A stretch of 61,091 nucleotides of DNA, taken from the NCBI GenBank assembly GCA_900128585.1, contig LT642155.1:1-61091 (forward strand), written 5' to 3'. The position numbers were made by a program, and so were the translations under genes. Each line of letters opens with the position of its first letter. Position 1 is the first letter of the stretch. The DNA comes from Stramenopiles sp. TOSAG23-3 (lineage: Eukaryota). The notes beneath the pieces were generated by a model that did not search any database, had not been told where the DNA came from, and worked only from the letters and a program-made list of their open reading frames with translations. This document shows positions 41,117 through 51,855 of this stretch, piece by piece.

Positions 41117-41179
41117 AAAACAAGAAAATTGGCTGTTATTTAAGTAATTAAATTTAGCTTCATCATACCCTAATCCTAA
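41117..41179 (-). repeat. Copy of the dispersed element; direct repeat of 35763-35828
   Basis: AAAACAAGAAAATTGGCTGTTATTTAAGTAATTAAATTTAGCTTCATCATACCCTAATCCTAA. Confidence 0.85.
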
Positions 41180-41302
41180 CTTGATTATGTAATTTTGTTT
41201 CGTTGTTGGTTGTCAATCACCGAGGGGATGATATAAATATAAATTCCAATGAACAATTTAATTCCTGTTGTCCATTAACGTCCTCATCCGATATCTCACT
41301 TT

Positions 41303-41333
41303 AAAAACAAGAAAATTGGCTGTTATTTAAGTA
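41303..41333 (-). repeat. Copy of the dispersed element core
   Basis: AAAAACAAGAAAATTGGCTGTTATTTAAGTA. Confidence 0.85.
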
Positions 41334-41417
41334 TGAATAATTAAAATTATTATTATATGCTGTTATATTTATTTAGAGATGATAAGAGTAATTTACAAAA
41401 ACACCAAATAACTGAGT

Positions 41418-43568
41418 TCAAAGTGCATCTTCTTCAAATCTGTAAAACAGATATTCGTCCCTGAGCGTGTTGTGTTGATCTAGTACATGCTTGAACACGC
41501 CGTCGGACATAATATCGTTTAGTACATCCAACACACCCTGTTTGGATTTGAAAAATTTACTGAATTTTTCTGCAACAAATTTTACTGCCTCGCTCCCGAT
41601 GAAACATCTCCTGTAAGAGAACGTATTGTGATACCGGTCTCTCACCAACCCATTCTTGGGATCAGCTATTGCAACAAGCACGTCCGTTTTTATCACTTTG
41701 TATTTTTCGTCTTCCCTCTCCAGCATTTGGAAAAGCAATTGCATTATCTCTTCACAAGTAATCCGTTCGATTGGACTGCTAGTCCAAGTAGCTTTCAAAA
41801 TCTGTTCAACTCTTGGGTCCATACCGTCTGGAATCTCTGGCCTTCCCCCACGCTGAACAAACTCTATGACCTGGGATGGAAACCGGATGTGTTCATAAGG
41901 TGATCTGCCTGTGTAGATTTCCCAAAGAACGACTCCCAAAGAATAGACGTCCGCCGCTGTCGTTGGTATTGCCCCATCGTTCTCCAAAAGCTCTGGGGCA
42001 GCCCATTGCGCAGTTCCCACGTACGATGTGCTCTGGCGCCCATACTGGTCGTAACTAACCATTCGAGAGGGCGATCCTTGCAACGCCCCGTATTGGGAAG
42101 CATCACGGCTTAAAGACCTTTGCCTGTCTTCGAAAGCCTTTGTCATGCCCATATCTGCTAACTTGACAAAATTTCCTTTCAACAAAAAGTTCAGGCTCTT
42201 CACGTCGCAATGGCAAAGAGGTGGGCTCCGATTGTGCAAATAAAGCAGCGAACGAGTGCATTGGATCGCCCGATCTAGAAAGTTGGACAAGCTAGAAACG
42301 GCCCCCTGCCTTTGCTGGATCTCATCGTACAGGCTCCCATCGCAAAGCTCTAATACCATCCCCAGCGCTGGTGGGGCCACACAAACCCCTCTCAGGCTGA
42401 CAATGTTCGGGTGGGAACCACTGACCATTTCCAATATTTTAGCTTCGCTAAAGAATTCTTTGACCAATTCACGGGTCAGCTCAATGCAGTAGATCAACTT
42501 TACAGCAACAGGCTTAGCATTGTAGGACCCCTTGTAGACTCGTGCCGAGCCACCAACGCCAAGGATTGACATGTCGCGAAGTGATAGATCTCGATAGTCA
42601 ATCAACAAATTCTGTTTCGAATACAAATCGTTTACTTCTTTAATAACGGCGTTGGCGGATTTCGCAGGCCAGGACTGGCCAACCAGAGGTGCCCGAATGT
42701 TTTCCAATTCACCAGCAGACAAGACAGAATTCGGGATTCGGGAAGACCGACCACTTCCAAAACTGCGAATGCTGCTTCTGGGCGTTCGTATCTCGTCTTC
42801 TCCCCGCCAGTAAGCGGAGTCTGTCGTAAACGTTGTGTACAGTACGATTGGTTGAAGCAAAGTAAACAAAACCGTCTCAACTGCAAACTTAAAATTATTT
42901 GTAATGTCACTGTCTACCCTCGCGAGCGTCATGATCGATGCTATAACACCGCACCCCCGGATGACGGTGTAAAACAGACTATACTTGAACGTCGCTGGCC
43001 TTCGAAATATTGGAAACATGCTGTCTGGCAAAAGATACACCGAACCGTAGAAAAACAGCATGATTAAGTTCCATAGCCCACTAATAGCAGCGCTCGCGAG
43101 TGGTAGGTTTAAAATATTTAAGGTAACGCGGCTTCCAAAAATGCAACAAAAGGTAAATAATGAAGACAGGAGCGTCAGGCAAAGTCCTGCTTTGAACGAC
43201 TTCATCCCTATTCCCTGCTTCAATAGCATGATGGCAACGCCATCGATTAAAAAATGCCAGGAAGCCCAAATCAAGGCAATGGATACGATTTCAACTAAGT
43301 CTCCCGTACCGGAGGAGTCCCAGTAATCTAAACATTTGCCAGCAAGATAAAACACAACCAACAGCGCCGCGGTTATAAACGACAAAACAATATTTATCCA
43401 TACAAACAAAATGTACGGAGGAAGCACGGAGCTCTTTTCCATTTGAAAGTATTGTACAGGTAACAAGTGCCCATACTTGTGCCTAGCAAGGATAAATAAA
43501 CTACCAACAAGCTGCAACGAATTCCAAACGAATTGCGACTGAAAACTGAAAATGCAAGTTTGGTTCAT
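41418..43568 (-). CDS. 7TM receptor-like domain + TKL protein kinase + DEP domain (GPCR-TKL type)
   Basis: Seven hydrophobic segments. Kinase motifs GVGGSARV, VAVK, HCDVKSLNFL, DMG and GTAQWAAPE. C-terminal DEP-like RRCFIGSEAV...GVFKHV...YLFYRF. Confidence 0.85.
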   Translation of the reverse strand: MNQTCIFSFQSQFVWNSLQLVGSLFILARHKYGHLLPVQYFQMEKSSVLPPYILFVWINIVLSFITAALLVVFYLAGKCLDYWDSSGTGDLVEIVSIALIWASWHFLIDGVAIMLLKQGIGMKSFKAGLCLTLLSSLFTFCCIFGSRVTLNILNLPLASAAISGLWNLIMLFFYGSVYLLPDSMFPIFRRPATFKYSLFYTVIRGCGVIASIMTLARVDSDITNNFKFAVETVLFTLLQPIVLYTTFTTDSAYWRGEDEIRTPRSSIRSFGSGRSSRIPNSVLSAGELENIRAPLVGQSWPAKSANAVIKEVNDLYSKQNLLIDYRDLSLRDMSILGVGGSARVYKGSYNAKPVAVKLIYCIELTRELVKEFFSEAKILEMVSGSHPNIVSLRGVCVAPPALGMVLELCDGSLYDEIQQRQGAVSSLSNFLDRAIQCTRSLLYLHNRSPPLCHCDVKSLNFLLKGNFVKLADMGMTKAFEDRQRSLSRDASQYGALQGSPSRMVSYDQYGRQSTSYVGTAQWAAPELLENDGAIPTTAADVYSLGVVLWEIYTGRSPYEHIRFPSQVIEFVQRGGRPEIPDGMDPRVEQILKATWTSSPIERITCEEIMQLLFQMLEREDEKYKVIKTDVLVAIADPKNGLVRDRYHNTFSYRRCFIGSEAVKFVAEKFSKFFKSKQGVLDVLNDIMSDGVFKHVLDQHNTLRDEYLFYRFEEDAL

Positions 43569-43946
43569 CTTTTCTAAGAACGTGTATGGCCAGGGCCTAA
43601 AAAATATTTTTTATTAATAATTATTAAATGCACCTGCCTCAATGACCACGTTCGCCTGTCAGTTTGCCTTTATCGCAGCTTTTGTTACTTTTTCTAGTTT
43701 CTCCTATTTGTTTATTATTCCGTTTCTTTCTCCCCTTTTTAATCAGATAAATTATAGTTATAAGATAAATACCATAAATTATGTCGTCATCATACCCCGG
43801 AGAACGACGAAGTGTCGAGAGAGGAGCGGCCACCAAGCAAGGCGAGGAGGAGGAAGGACGAAGGACGATGGGTGGTGTTGCGGCGGCAAAAAATAAACAA
43901 CATTATTTTAATTTAAAAAATATAAAAAAATATGAGAATAGTCGTC

Positions 43947-44010
43947 TACAGTTCTTGACCGCACTTCCTAGACTACAGAGAGAGTCTAGGAAGTGCGGTC
44001 AAGAACTGTA
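43947..44010. mobile_element. 60-bp Tc1/mariner-like mini-element (TIR pair only) with a TA target duplication
   Basis: TA-CAGTTCTTGACCGCACTTCCTAGACT-acagagag-AGTCTAGGAAGTGCGGTCAAGAACTG-TA: perfect 26-bp TIRs beginning CAGT. Confidence 0.6.
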
Positions 44011-44146
44011 CAGGTACCGTACCGGTATCTATCTTAGGAATACGAAGACGACTAATAATAATACCTTGGTAAACTAATAGGACTTGATGGATAAAATATG
44101 TTTCGTACTACGGGTACGGTAGTAGAGAGACGCGATGATCGTTTTT

Positions 44147-45172
44147 TTATTCTCCATTCAAATTCCAATTGTAATCTAAATATTGTATGTCCCATTTCGT
44201 GGTATCGTCCGCCCCGTATTTATCCAAAAACGTTTTGATGTTGTTTTTTGGGGATTCATAGTCTTTCAAAAATGTTGCGACGTTCCCATTACTAAAGTCG
44301 TCCTTGAACCAGAGAAATATTTTCGACAATTTAATTTTGTTGGAGCCAGTGGGGTCTTCGATAAAAAGGCCTTTGGCAATGTTTTCAAGGAATAGCTTTG
44401 TCTGCTGGGAAAGAGCGCTTTGCACATTCCATGGCTCATACGCTCTGTTGAGAAGGTCGGGGCAAGAAATCGACGCGCAGTTGACGGCAGCATGGATCCG
44501 TGCATCGTTGTAATTTGGGCGCAAGATCCCATGCTCAATGCCATCCAAGCTCATCACGATACCGCCCACGTTAAAACGCTGCCACTTCCAGACTGTATTT
44601 GGAAACGGAACATTTGGAACGTCCCGAATGCTTTGACAAAAGACATCCCCTGGGCATAGATTGGAAATCACCATGTCCACTGCAAATACATTGTAAGCGT
44701 TCAAAAACAAAGGCAGCCTGTCTTCGTGTGTCACTTTCTTCAAATCAATGTTCTTCAAAAAATTAAGGTAGGCATCAAACCCATTGGTGCGCCGATTGGA
44801 ACGAATTTCCGTGTACTCCACTAGGCTTCCCGGGACACCTTGTTTCGCCCCTCCGACCACCACGTGTGCTTGCAAGAGCTGAGTCCATTGGGAGTGGCTG
44901 TAGTTCGTACAACCGTGTTTACAGGCAGTAGGAAGATCTACGTAATTGCTCTGAGTCTCAACGTACATCGCCAAAATTATCCCCCCCGCGCTTAGAAGAA
45001 TTAACACAAACAGCCCAACAAGAACGTCACGCCTTGAACATCTCTTCGACCCTTTGCTCCTAGTCGGTAACAAGAAAGAGTGCTTTGTTGCGTTTTCGTC
45101 CAGGTCCTTCATTGTCTCATAATCACATAAAATTTCAGTAAAATGTTCTACGTCTGCCTTTTGAAAAATCAT
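44147..45172 (-). CDS. Membrane-anchored DUF547-family protein
   Basis: Single TM segment, then LNAYN, SLDGIEHGILR, DARIHAAVNCASISCPDL, LSKIFLWFKDDF and YLDYNWNLN. Confidence 0.85.
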   Translation of the reverse strand: MIFQKADVEHFTEILCDYETMKDLDENATKHSFLLPTRSKGSKRCSRRDVLVGLFVLILLSAGGIILAMYVETQSNYVDLPTACKHGCTNYSHSQWTQLLQAHVVVGGAKQGVPGSLVEYTEIRSNRRTNGFDAYLNFLKNIDLKKVTHEDRLPLFLNAYNVFAVDMVISNLCPGDVFCQSIRDVPNVPFPNTVWKWQRFNVGGIVMSLDGIEHGILRPNYNDARIHAAVNCASISCPDLLNRAYEPWNVQSALSQQTKLFLENIAKGLFIEDPTGSNKIKLSKIFLWFKDDFSNGNVATFLKDYESPKNNIKTFLDKYGADDTTKWDIQYLDYNWNLNGE

Positions 45173-45529
45173 TCTCTTGCATCTTTCGTGAAAGAACTAA
45201 AAAAGAATCAGGCACAACGACTTCATTCTACTATTCTTCAGATTGTTGAGAAGAGTGCGCCAAGTTCAAGTTCTTCTTCTTCCTCCTCCTCCTCCCTCCT
45301 TCCTTCGTCGTCGTCCTTTTTTTGTTGTAGAGTACATAGTAAGCTGTAGTAAGTAGTAGTAAATAATAATTAAAAAAAAAAATATTATTTATTATTATTA
45401 AAAAAAAAATAATATACTCTGGTAATATACAATACGTAGACGACTTACTATCATCGTATTATTATCTCGTCGCGACTTTTTTGTCTTATTTATATACTTT
45501 CTTTTTTATAAAATTGTTTTACAACTTCT

Positions 45530-45829
45530 TCACTCACCCCTAGATTTTTTCCACTCTTGAAAAGCATCTTCGTTCGTGTAAGACTGCAAACATTTATTCA
45601 TTGCCGTGTTCTGCTTGCGGCACGCCACTACAACCATTAACCCTTTCTCTTTTGCACAGTCGGCAAACGCCTTGAGTGTATCCTTGCAAAGACCCAGTGC
45701 GCGCTCGTTGTTTATCTCCCGAAGAAGGTTGTCCTTCCGTTCATCTTCACCTGCCCTTCTCTTCGGGGCAAATGGATTTTTCATTCTCGAACCCCGGTCG
45801 TTCCCTTTTTGTTCCTCTTTTGAAGCCAT
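45530..45829 (-). CDS. CMC1: Twin CX9C mitochondrial COX assembly protein (Cmc1-like)
   Basis: C-KDTLKAFAD-C ... C-RKQNTAMNK-C twin CX9C pattern in a 99-aa ORF. Confidence 0.75.
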   Translation of the reverse strand: MASKEEQKGNDRGSRMKNPFAPKRRAGEDERKDNLLREINNERALGLCKDTLKAFADCAKEKGLMVVVACRKQNTAMNKCLQSYTNEDAFQEWKKSRGE

Positions 45830-46126
45830 GCTTTACCTATCACTATGCAACGCCGAAGCCAACACAAACCAAAATCACAAAACCAACTACTGTTCGTTGA
45901 TATTCAAACGCCGTTGAAAACAACAGACAAGTATTTATGTAAACTGGTAGTTAAATCAACTAAAACCTTTGCCTGGTCAATGCCAATCTTTAGTTTCATC
46001 CAATGTACATTCACGCAATCAATAACTTAGATTCGAAATCACTATCTTAATAAATAATAAAAATAATATTAATGGAATTATACAGTAGTGGTTAAAAAAA
46101 TATTAATTATATAATAATAATAATAT

Positions 46127-46424
46127 TTTTTCTTTTTTTTTTTCTCGCTTCTTCTTCTTCTTTCTTCTTTCTTTCTTCTTCTTCTTCTTCTTCTTCTTCT
46201 TTCTTCTCTCTTCTTCTTTGCTTTCTTCTTCTTTCCTTTCTTCTTTCTTCTTTCTTCTTCTTTGCTTTCTTCTTTCTTCTTCTTCTTTGCTTTTTTCTTC
46301 TTTTTTCTTCTTTCTTCACTTTCTTCTTTGCTTTCTTCTTCTTCTTTTTTCTTCTCCTCCTTTTTTTGTTGTTGTTTTTTTGTAATTTTTTTTATTCCAT
46401 CATCGGCAGGGCGGCGGGTTCGAC

Positions 46425-46500
<76 letters not shown>
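46127..46500. repeat. (TTC)n tract and facing (GAAA)n tract
   Basis: TTC-rich 46127-46355; perfect GAAA run 46429-46500. Confidence 0.95.
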
Positions 46501-46504
<4 letters not shown>

Positions 46505-47446
46505 ATAATATAATTAATAAAATAAAAACACCTTGATGTTATTTATATGTTGTATAAAATATAAGTATACTAGTTAGTATACTAAATTATTATTATTAGG
46601 ATTTCTTCTTCTTCTTCCAAAGATGCGTTTCAACGTCCCGCGTCCCTTCCACATTCGATCTCACATTTTCTCTTTTCGTTGTTTTGTTGTCTTCTATATG
46701 TTCTTCTTCGTACAGTTATATACAAAACGACAGAAGAGAAAAGAGGCAGGTGGTAGTGCTGTGCATTGTTGAAGAATCCCACCCGCTGCACTTCATTTTT
46801 GGAATGGTTTTCGATGTATACCATACCATACCATCAATTTATACTTGTTTGTTCTCAACCCCAATCAAGCTTTCCAGACAAAAAGAAAGGAAACCGGGGA
46901 CGAGAAACCCCTTCCTCCTCTTTACAGTTCTCCCACTCGAGTGCAGCAGTATATTATACAGGTAACTAGTAGGTTGGCAACAGATAAAATTGACCCTGGT
47001 GCTTCGTAGCAATTGTATGTAGAGATATTTACATAAAAGATCTATGAGGAAAATTATATGATATGATCGTGGATAAATTGATTACATCAGTATATTTATA
47101 CGAATCGCCCTCCTCGTTTCAGGCATTATTGGCGAATAATTGTATAGTAACTTGCACATCTTCTATCTTCTCCTCGGCAGTACTAAATCAACAACATCAC
47201 AGCATACCATCATCACCACCAACAAAAAACTTCTTCTTCTCTGCCTTTTTTTAAATATTTAATTGCATATGGAAGCGAGCGTCCGTTTTGTGCACTAACA
47301 TTGGGGCGGTGGCCGGAGAGAATTTACAGACGCGTTGGCAACTTAGAAATGGAAAGGCTGAAAGGAGTGTGCAGCTTCTTCGAGAGTACAGACAGATAGA
47401 CTGTAGGAAGTGCCCAGAAGGTAAAAGAATTCATAGTTGTTCCATC

Positions 47447-49489
47447 ATGTCGGCGATAGAACAGAGGGCGTTCATATACAAGGCCCGGTTCCAGAACTCG
47501 CTGCACGTTAAGAACGCCGAGGCACGATACAAGAATGCTGGGCGTATGGCGGAGCAGATGAAACAGAAAAAGATAGATGACAATATTAAGATGCAGCGAA
47601 ACGCAAGGCAAAAGAAGGAAGATGAGAGCTCAGCTCAATACTTTGAAGTGTTTGGGGACACTGTAAAGAACGCTCGGATGACTCCCGAAATGCTTCAGTT
47701 GGTGAGCGTAAAGGCGGCAAACAACCGCCTGGCAAACGATATGAAGAAGAACAAGAAACAGATCGATCAGATCGACGCGCAGCTTGTAAAGCTGAACAGA
47801 GCTTTGACCAAGGCACAGTCGGACCACCACAAAGAAATCAAGATGACGCAAGGCGCAGGGTACCCTAGAAAGATCGAAAAGCTTCAAAGAAGCGTTGAGC
47901 AAACAAAAGCGAAGACAAGCTTAAAATCTCTGGAGAACAACGACTTCACGAGCGCGATTAATGAGCGCCGGGTAGCGCTGACCAACTTGAGGCGGGCGTT
48001 GGCCCTTGCCCGGGGAGAGTACCAGGAAAAGTCTTCGGCGACGCACGAGATGAGGCTGGATACGGACGCGGACTTATATGATATTCAAGATGCGGAAAAG
48101 CGTTCCGCAGAACTGTCCGCAAGCATTAAAGCCTTAAACAAAGGGTTTCGGGAACAGTATGAACAGAAGCTGGAAAAATTCGAGAAAGAGTACGCAAAGG
48201 AGGCCGCGCTGGAGAAAAAGATCGAAGACCTGCTTCTCGATAGTCCCACGAAGGCCAAGTCCCCGAATTCGTCGAAAGGGAAAAAACTGCCCGGGGGCGG
48301 ATTTCAAAAAGTCCAAAACAGATTCTTCGGAAAAGCCCACAATAAGTCTAGGTTTTTGGCGGCGGCGCGGCAGAACCGGCTGGACGAACTAAAGACACGG
48401 GTGACTTCCATGGAGGACGCGTTTGAAACGATGCGCCAGCAAACGGGCATCGACAGCGTCGAACAGTTGGCCGACATGATCATTGAGAGTGACCGTCAGA
48501 ATTTTAGGGTGTACAATCAGCTAAATGATTTAAATAGAGACATAGAAGAGTTAGAGGTTGCAAATAAGGGGGTCCGGCGGACGATTCGGGACATCAAGGT
48601 GCAACGTCGGGCGAGAAAGAGTGGGAAAGTGGTTCGGGTAGATCGCGTCAAGGAAAGGCTGGCAAATACGAAGAGCATGCTAGAGAGCACTATCAAAGAG
48701 GTGGCAGAGAAAAAGGTTCTGATGGCGAACCTCAGCCCAGGGCTGGGGGAGCTCTTCACCATTTTGGGGTGTGACCAGTTAAGTTCAGGGTTTGATAAAG
48801 GAATTGTTAGTGAACGGAACGTTATGGCGCTGCTCGGGACGATTGAGCAGCGGATTGTGGACCTGGCAAATATTGTCTCTCGCCTTCAAGGGTTTCGTGA
48901 CGTCAGGAACACGTCCGGGCAATTCAATAATAGGGGAAGAGGAAAGACGAACTTACCAGAAAGTGGGACGTTCTCTTTTTTTATGACCCAAGAAGATGGG
49001 GGGTCCGGCGGGGGGGTAGGGCGAACGTCTCCCCTCGGCAGCACGAGGCGCCCCCGAGAACTGCCCAGTGTCGACGCGCTGACGCAGATGGCAGAACAGG
49101 AAGGCCTCGGGCGTACAAAATCGCCGAGGCGTTCTGGCACCGCAATCTCTCCGATCATCTCCAAGAAAGAATTGTTGAAAGAGGCCGTGGCGATTGTGGA
49201 AAAACAGGAGGCAAATGCCAGGGCGGTCGCCTTGGCCATTGAGAATGCAGCACTGGAGAACACGGAGAGCGAAGAGAGCGACGAGGAAGATGGCGGTAGT
49301 GCCTTCAGGTACGACGGGGGCTCCCGGATGGTATCACCGGTGACTGGCAGCAGGCGGGGCAAGAAAAATTCGCCACGACGGCCAACGAAGAGCAATATTA
49401 AAAATAATCAAGGTAGAAGTGGTAAAGGGCTTAACCGGTCGAGGGGTAGAAACCGCCGCGCCAGGGTGAAGTTGGGCTCCCCCACCTAG
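47447..49489 (+). CDS. Outer dynein arm docking complex subunit DC2/ODAD1 (CCDC114/CCDC63)-like coiled-coil protein
   Basis: Long coiled coil with EDAFETMRQQTGIDSVEQL...DRQNFRVYNQLNDLN and VSERNVMALLGTIEQR, resembling the conserved DC2 blocks. Confidence 0.7.
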   Translation: MSAIEQRAFIYKARFQNSLHVKNAEARYKNAGRMAEQMKQKKIDDNIKMQRNARQKKEDESSAQYFEVFGDTVKNARMTPEMLQLVSVKAANNRLANDMKKNKKQIDQIDAQLVKLNRALTKAQSDHHKEIKMTQGAGYPRKIEKLQRSVEQTKAKTSLKSLENNDFTSAINERRVALTNLRRALALARGEYQEKSSATHEMRLDTDADLYDIQDAEKRSAELSASIKALNKGFREQYEQKLEKFEKEYAKEAALEKKIEDLLLDSPTKAKSPNSSKGKKLPGGGFQKVQNRFFGKAHNKSRFLAAARQNRLDELKTRVTSMEDAFETMRQQTGIDSVEQLADMIIESDRQNFRVYNQLNDLNRDIEELEVANKGVRRTIRDIKVQRRARKSGKVVRVDRVKERLANTKSMLESTIKEVAEKKVLMANLSPGLGELFTILGCDQLSSGFDKGIVSERNVMALLGTIEQRIVDLANIVSRLQGFRDVRNTSGQFNNRGRGKTNLPESGTFSFFMTQEDGGSGGGVGRTSPLGSTRRPRELPSVDALTQMAEQEGLGRTKSPRRSGTAISPIISKKELLKEAVAIVEKQEANARAVALAIENAALENTESEESDEEDGGSAFRYDGGSRMVSPVTGSRRGKKNSPRRPTKSNIKNNQGRSGKGLNRSRGRNRRARVKLGSPT

Positions 49490-49854
49490 GGAGGCGGGAG
49501 CTGCAGAAATACTACAATTATTATTATTTTTTGCTTTTCCAAAAATACTGAGAGAGGAGTCGGGGCGTTGTGCGAGCGAGGTAAATAAGTTCAGCTGTTT
49601 TTGTTGGAGTAGCGAATGTGTGGTCAGAGCAAGTGAATTTAAGAAAAGAGATTAAACAGTGTGAGTGTGTGATTGTCTATTTGTAGGGTTCTTTATTTAA
49701 TACTGACGGAGTACCGTGTAGGTTTATCAAATTACCACACCCGACTACACTCTTCCATCTCTTGACTCGTTGTCGAAACATTTCAAACCTGACAAATACG
49801 ACGAACTACAAATTTCAAAAATTCGAGGCCCAAGCAAAGCTTCGCTTCCTCGTC

Positions 49855-50960
49855 CTACGTTTCATCGGTGTAGCGGGAGCGTGGCCCGTCCCGTAAATCC
49901 ATAACTAAAACTGTAATGTTGTCCGTGGAACCTTTTGAATACGCTTCTTGGGCAAGTACTTCCGCGATTTCTTGCACACCGCGTTTATTGTTCATACCAA
50001 CACGGCTTGCTACCTGTCCGACGGTTCGATTATCGCACACGTCCCACAACCCATCGGTTGCAATCACGATGTACGCGTCATCTTTCGTGATCGTGCGCTC
50101 AATAAACTCTGGGTCCGCACACACGTAGTCTTTCAGCATGCGGTCTCCTATCGCCCGCGACACGGCCAAAATCCCTTCCACCCTCCACACGCCCCACAAG
50201 CTAACACTACCCCCCAACGCCTCTATGCGCTCGCGCTCGTCCTTCCGGTTCGGTTTGTGGTCGATGCTCAACGGCACGGTGTCGCCGTTGCGCAGCACCA
50301 AAATAGCCCTCGAATCACCGACGTTGGCGCACGTTATATCCCGCCCGTTCGCGTAGACGACCGTTGCGGTCGTCCCGTCGTCTCGGTTTTTTTGGTGCGC
50401 AAACCTAAGGTACTCCTCGTCCGTGTTTAACAACGCAGCCCGCAGTGCCCGCTTCGTCGATTTCTCTAACAAACCGCTGGTGACAATATTTCTATGCACA
50501 GCCTCGGTGCAGTACTCCGAAGCTGCCGGACCCCCGTGCCCATCAAAGACGGCGAACATGGCCGTCGAAGCGTCTGTTTTGTTTCGATTGAGTGTGTGTG
50601 TGAAAATAAAAGTTAGTTACTGGCCAGAAGCGAACGGACGAAGGGGTAAAGCAGAAGGAGTAAAAAGAACAGTGAGAGAAAAGACTTACCGCCCGCAACC
50701 TCGCCCCGGACTGTATAACGGTCTTCCATATACATCCGTCGACCCTGCATTTCATACACACCATATTTAAAGACAACGTGCTGCCCTAATGAGTCTTTCC
50801 CTTGTGGCAAAGAGTTGGTCCCGTGGGACCGATTTACATTGCTTCTTCGGTTAATTACAAAGTACAACAGAGCGCATCCAACAATTGAGAAAAACAAAAA
50901 ATTTACGAAATCAGAATGATAAATGTCCGGGAAAATCTGCAAAAGCACCCCAAGAGCCAT
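49855..50960 (-). CDS. Membrane-anchored PP2C/PPM phosphatase; exons 50960-50690 and 50573-49855
   Basis: Phase-1 intron 50689-50574 (GTAAGT...CTAAC...ACAG) joins QGRRMYMEDR to AVFDGHGG. ANVGDSRA, DHKP, LAVSRAIGD, ATDGLWD and DNIT present; N-terminal TM. Confidence 0.92.
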
Positions 50961-51663
50961 GGTAGACTGCCTGCTCTATACCTTCACGGTGAATGCCCCG
51001 CTGCCAATATACACCCAACGGTTCTGAAAGGTAAAACGAAGTCGCCCAAAACGTTTGTAAACAGAGGAGGAACCAACACCAAGAAACGGTCGGTCTTCTG
51101 TACTACTCAATGAAATTCCCTAGATCTTTCCGTTGGTCCAAACTGGAAGTAACAGGAGAACCGCGTGCTATAACAGAACAAGTGTTTAAAAATGAATTAA
51201 TTGTTTGCTTCTCCTAACATACCATAAAAAAATGCGTTTCGTTGATTCTTTAAAGAAACTAAGTCTTTCTTCCCTCGAAAACAGTAACAACTAAATATTT
51301 TGGGGCATAGTGTTTTCTCTAAGAGAAATTCATTACAAAAATTGGTTTTGTTGTTGAAGCTTTATTAAAAAAAAAAAAAAAGAAAGAAGAAGAAAAAAAG
51401 AGTTAGTTCAAAGGAAGTTTCTTTTTTCTTTGAAAGTATTAATGGTGTGTTCATCTTATTTTAAAAAAAATTAAATAAGTAATTATTATTGGAAATTCTT
51501 CTTCTTCTTTTTTTCTTCATCTCTTCTAAATCATCATCTTCTTTAATAAAATTGTTTTGGGGACCTTTCTTTTTTCCTCATTGTGTCTATGTTAAATATA
51601 AGAACGTTTTTTTAATAGAATAATTTCTAATTGTGGTATTACATAGTCTACATGAGGACCAAT

Positions 51664-51855
51664 AGAAGAAGAAGAAGAAGAAGAAGAAAGAAGAAGAAGA
51701 AGAAGAAGAAGAAGAAGAAGAAGAAGAAAGAAGAAGAATTAAAAGAAGAAGAAAGAAGAAGAAGAAGAAAGAAGAATAAGAAGAAAAAGAAGAAGAAGAA
51801 AAAGAAGAAAGAAGAAAAAGAAGAAGAAGGAAGACATAACAAGAAGGAAGGAAGA
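51664..51855. repeat. (GAA)n polypurine microsatellite
   Basis: ~190 bp of GAA/GAAA units. Confidence 0.95.

Noticed and set aside
43597-43836. Upstream coding exon extending the 7TM kinase
   Set aside because: Splicing the 37-nt candidate intron puts a TGA in frame, so it is more likely 5' UTR.
24471-50960. Signalling 'cluster' (PGAM5, dCache-GPCR, 7TM kinase, PP2C)
   Set aside because: The genes are interspersed with unrelated ones; no evidence of functional clustering.
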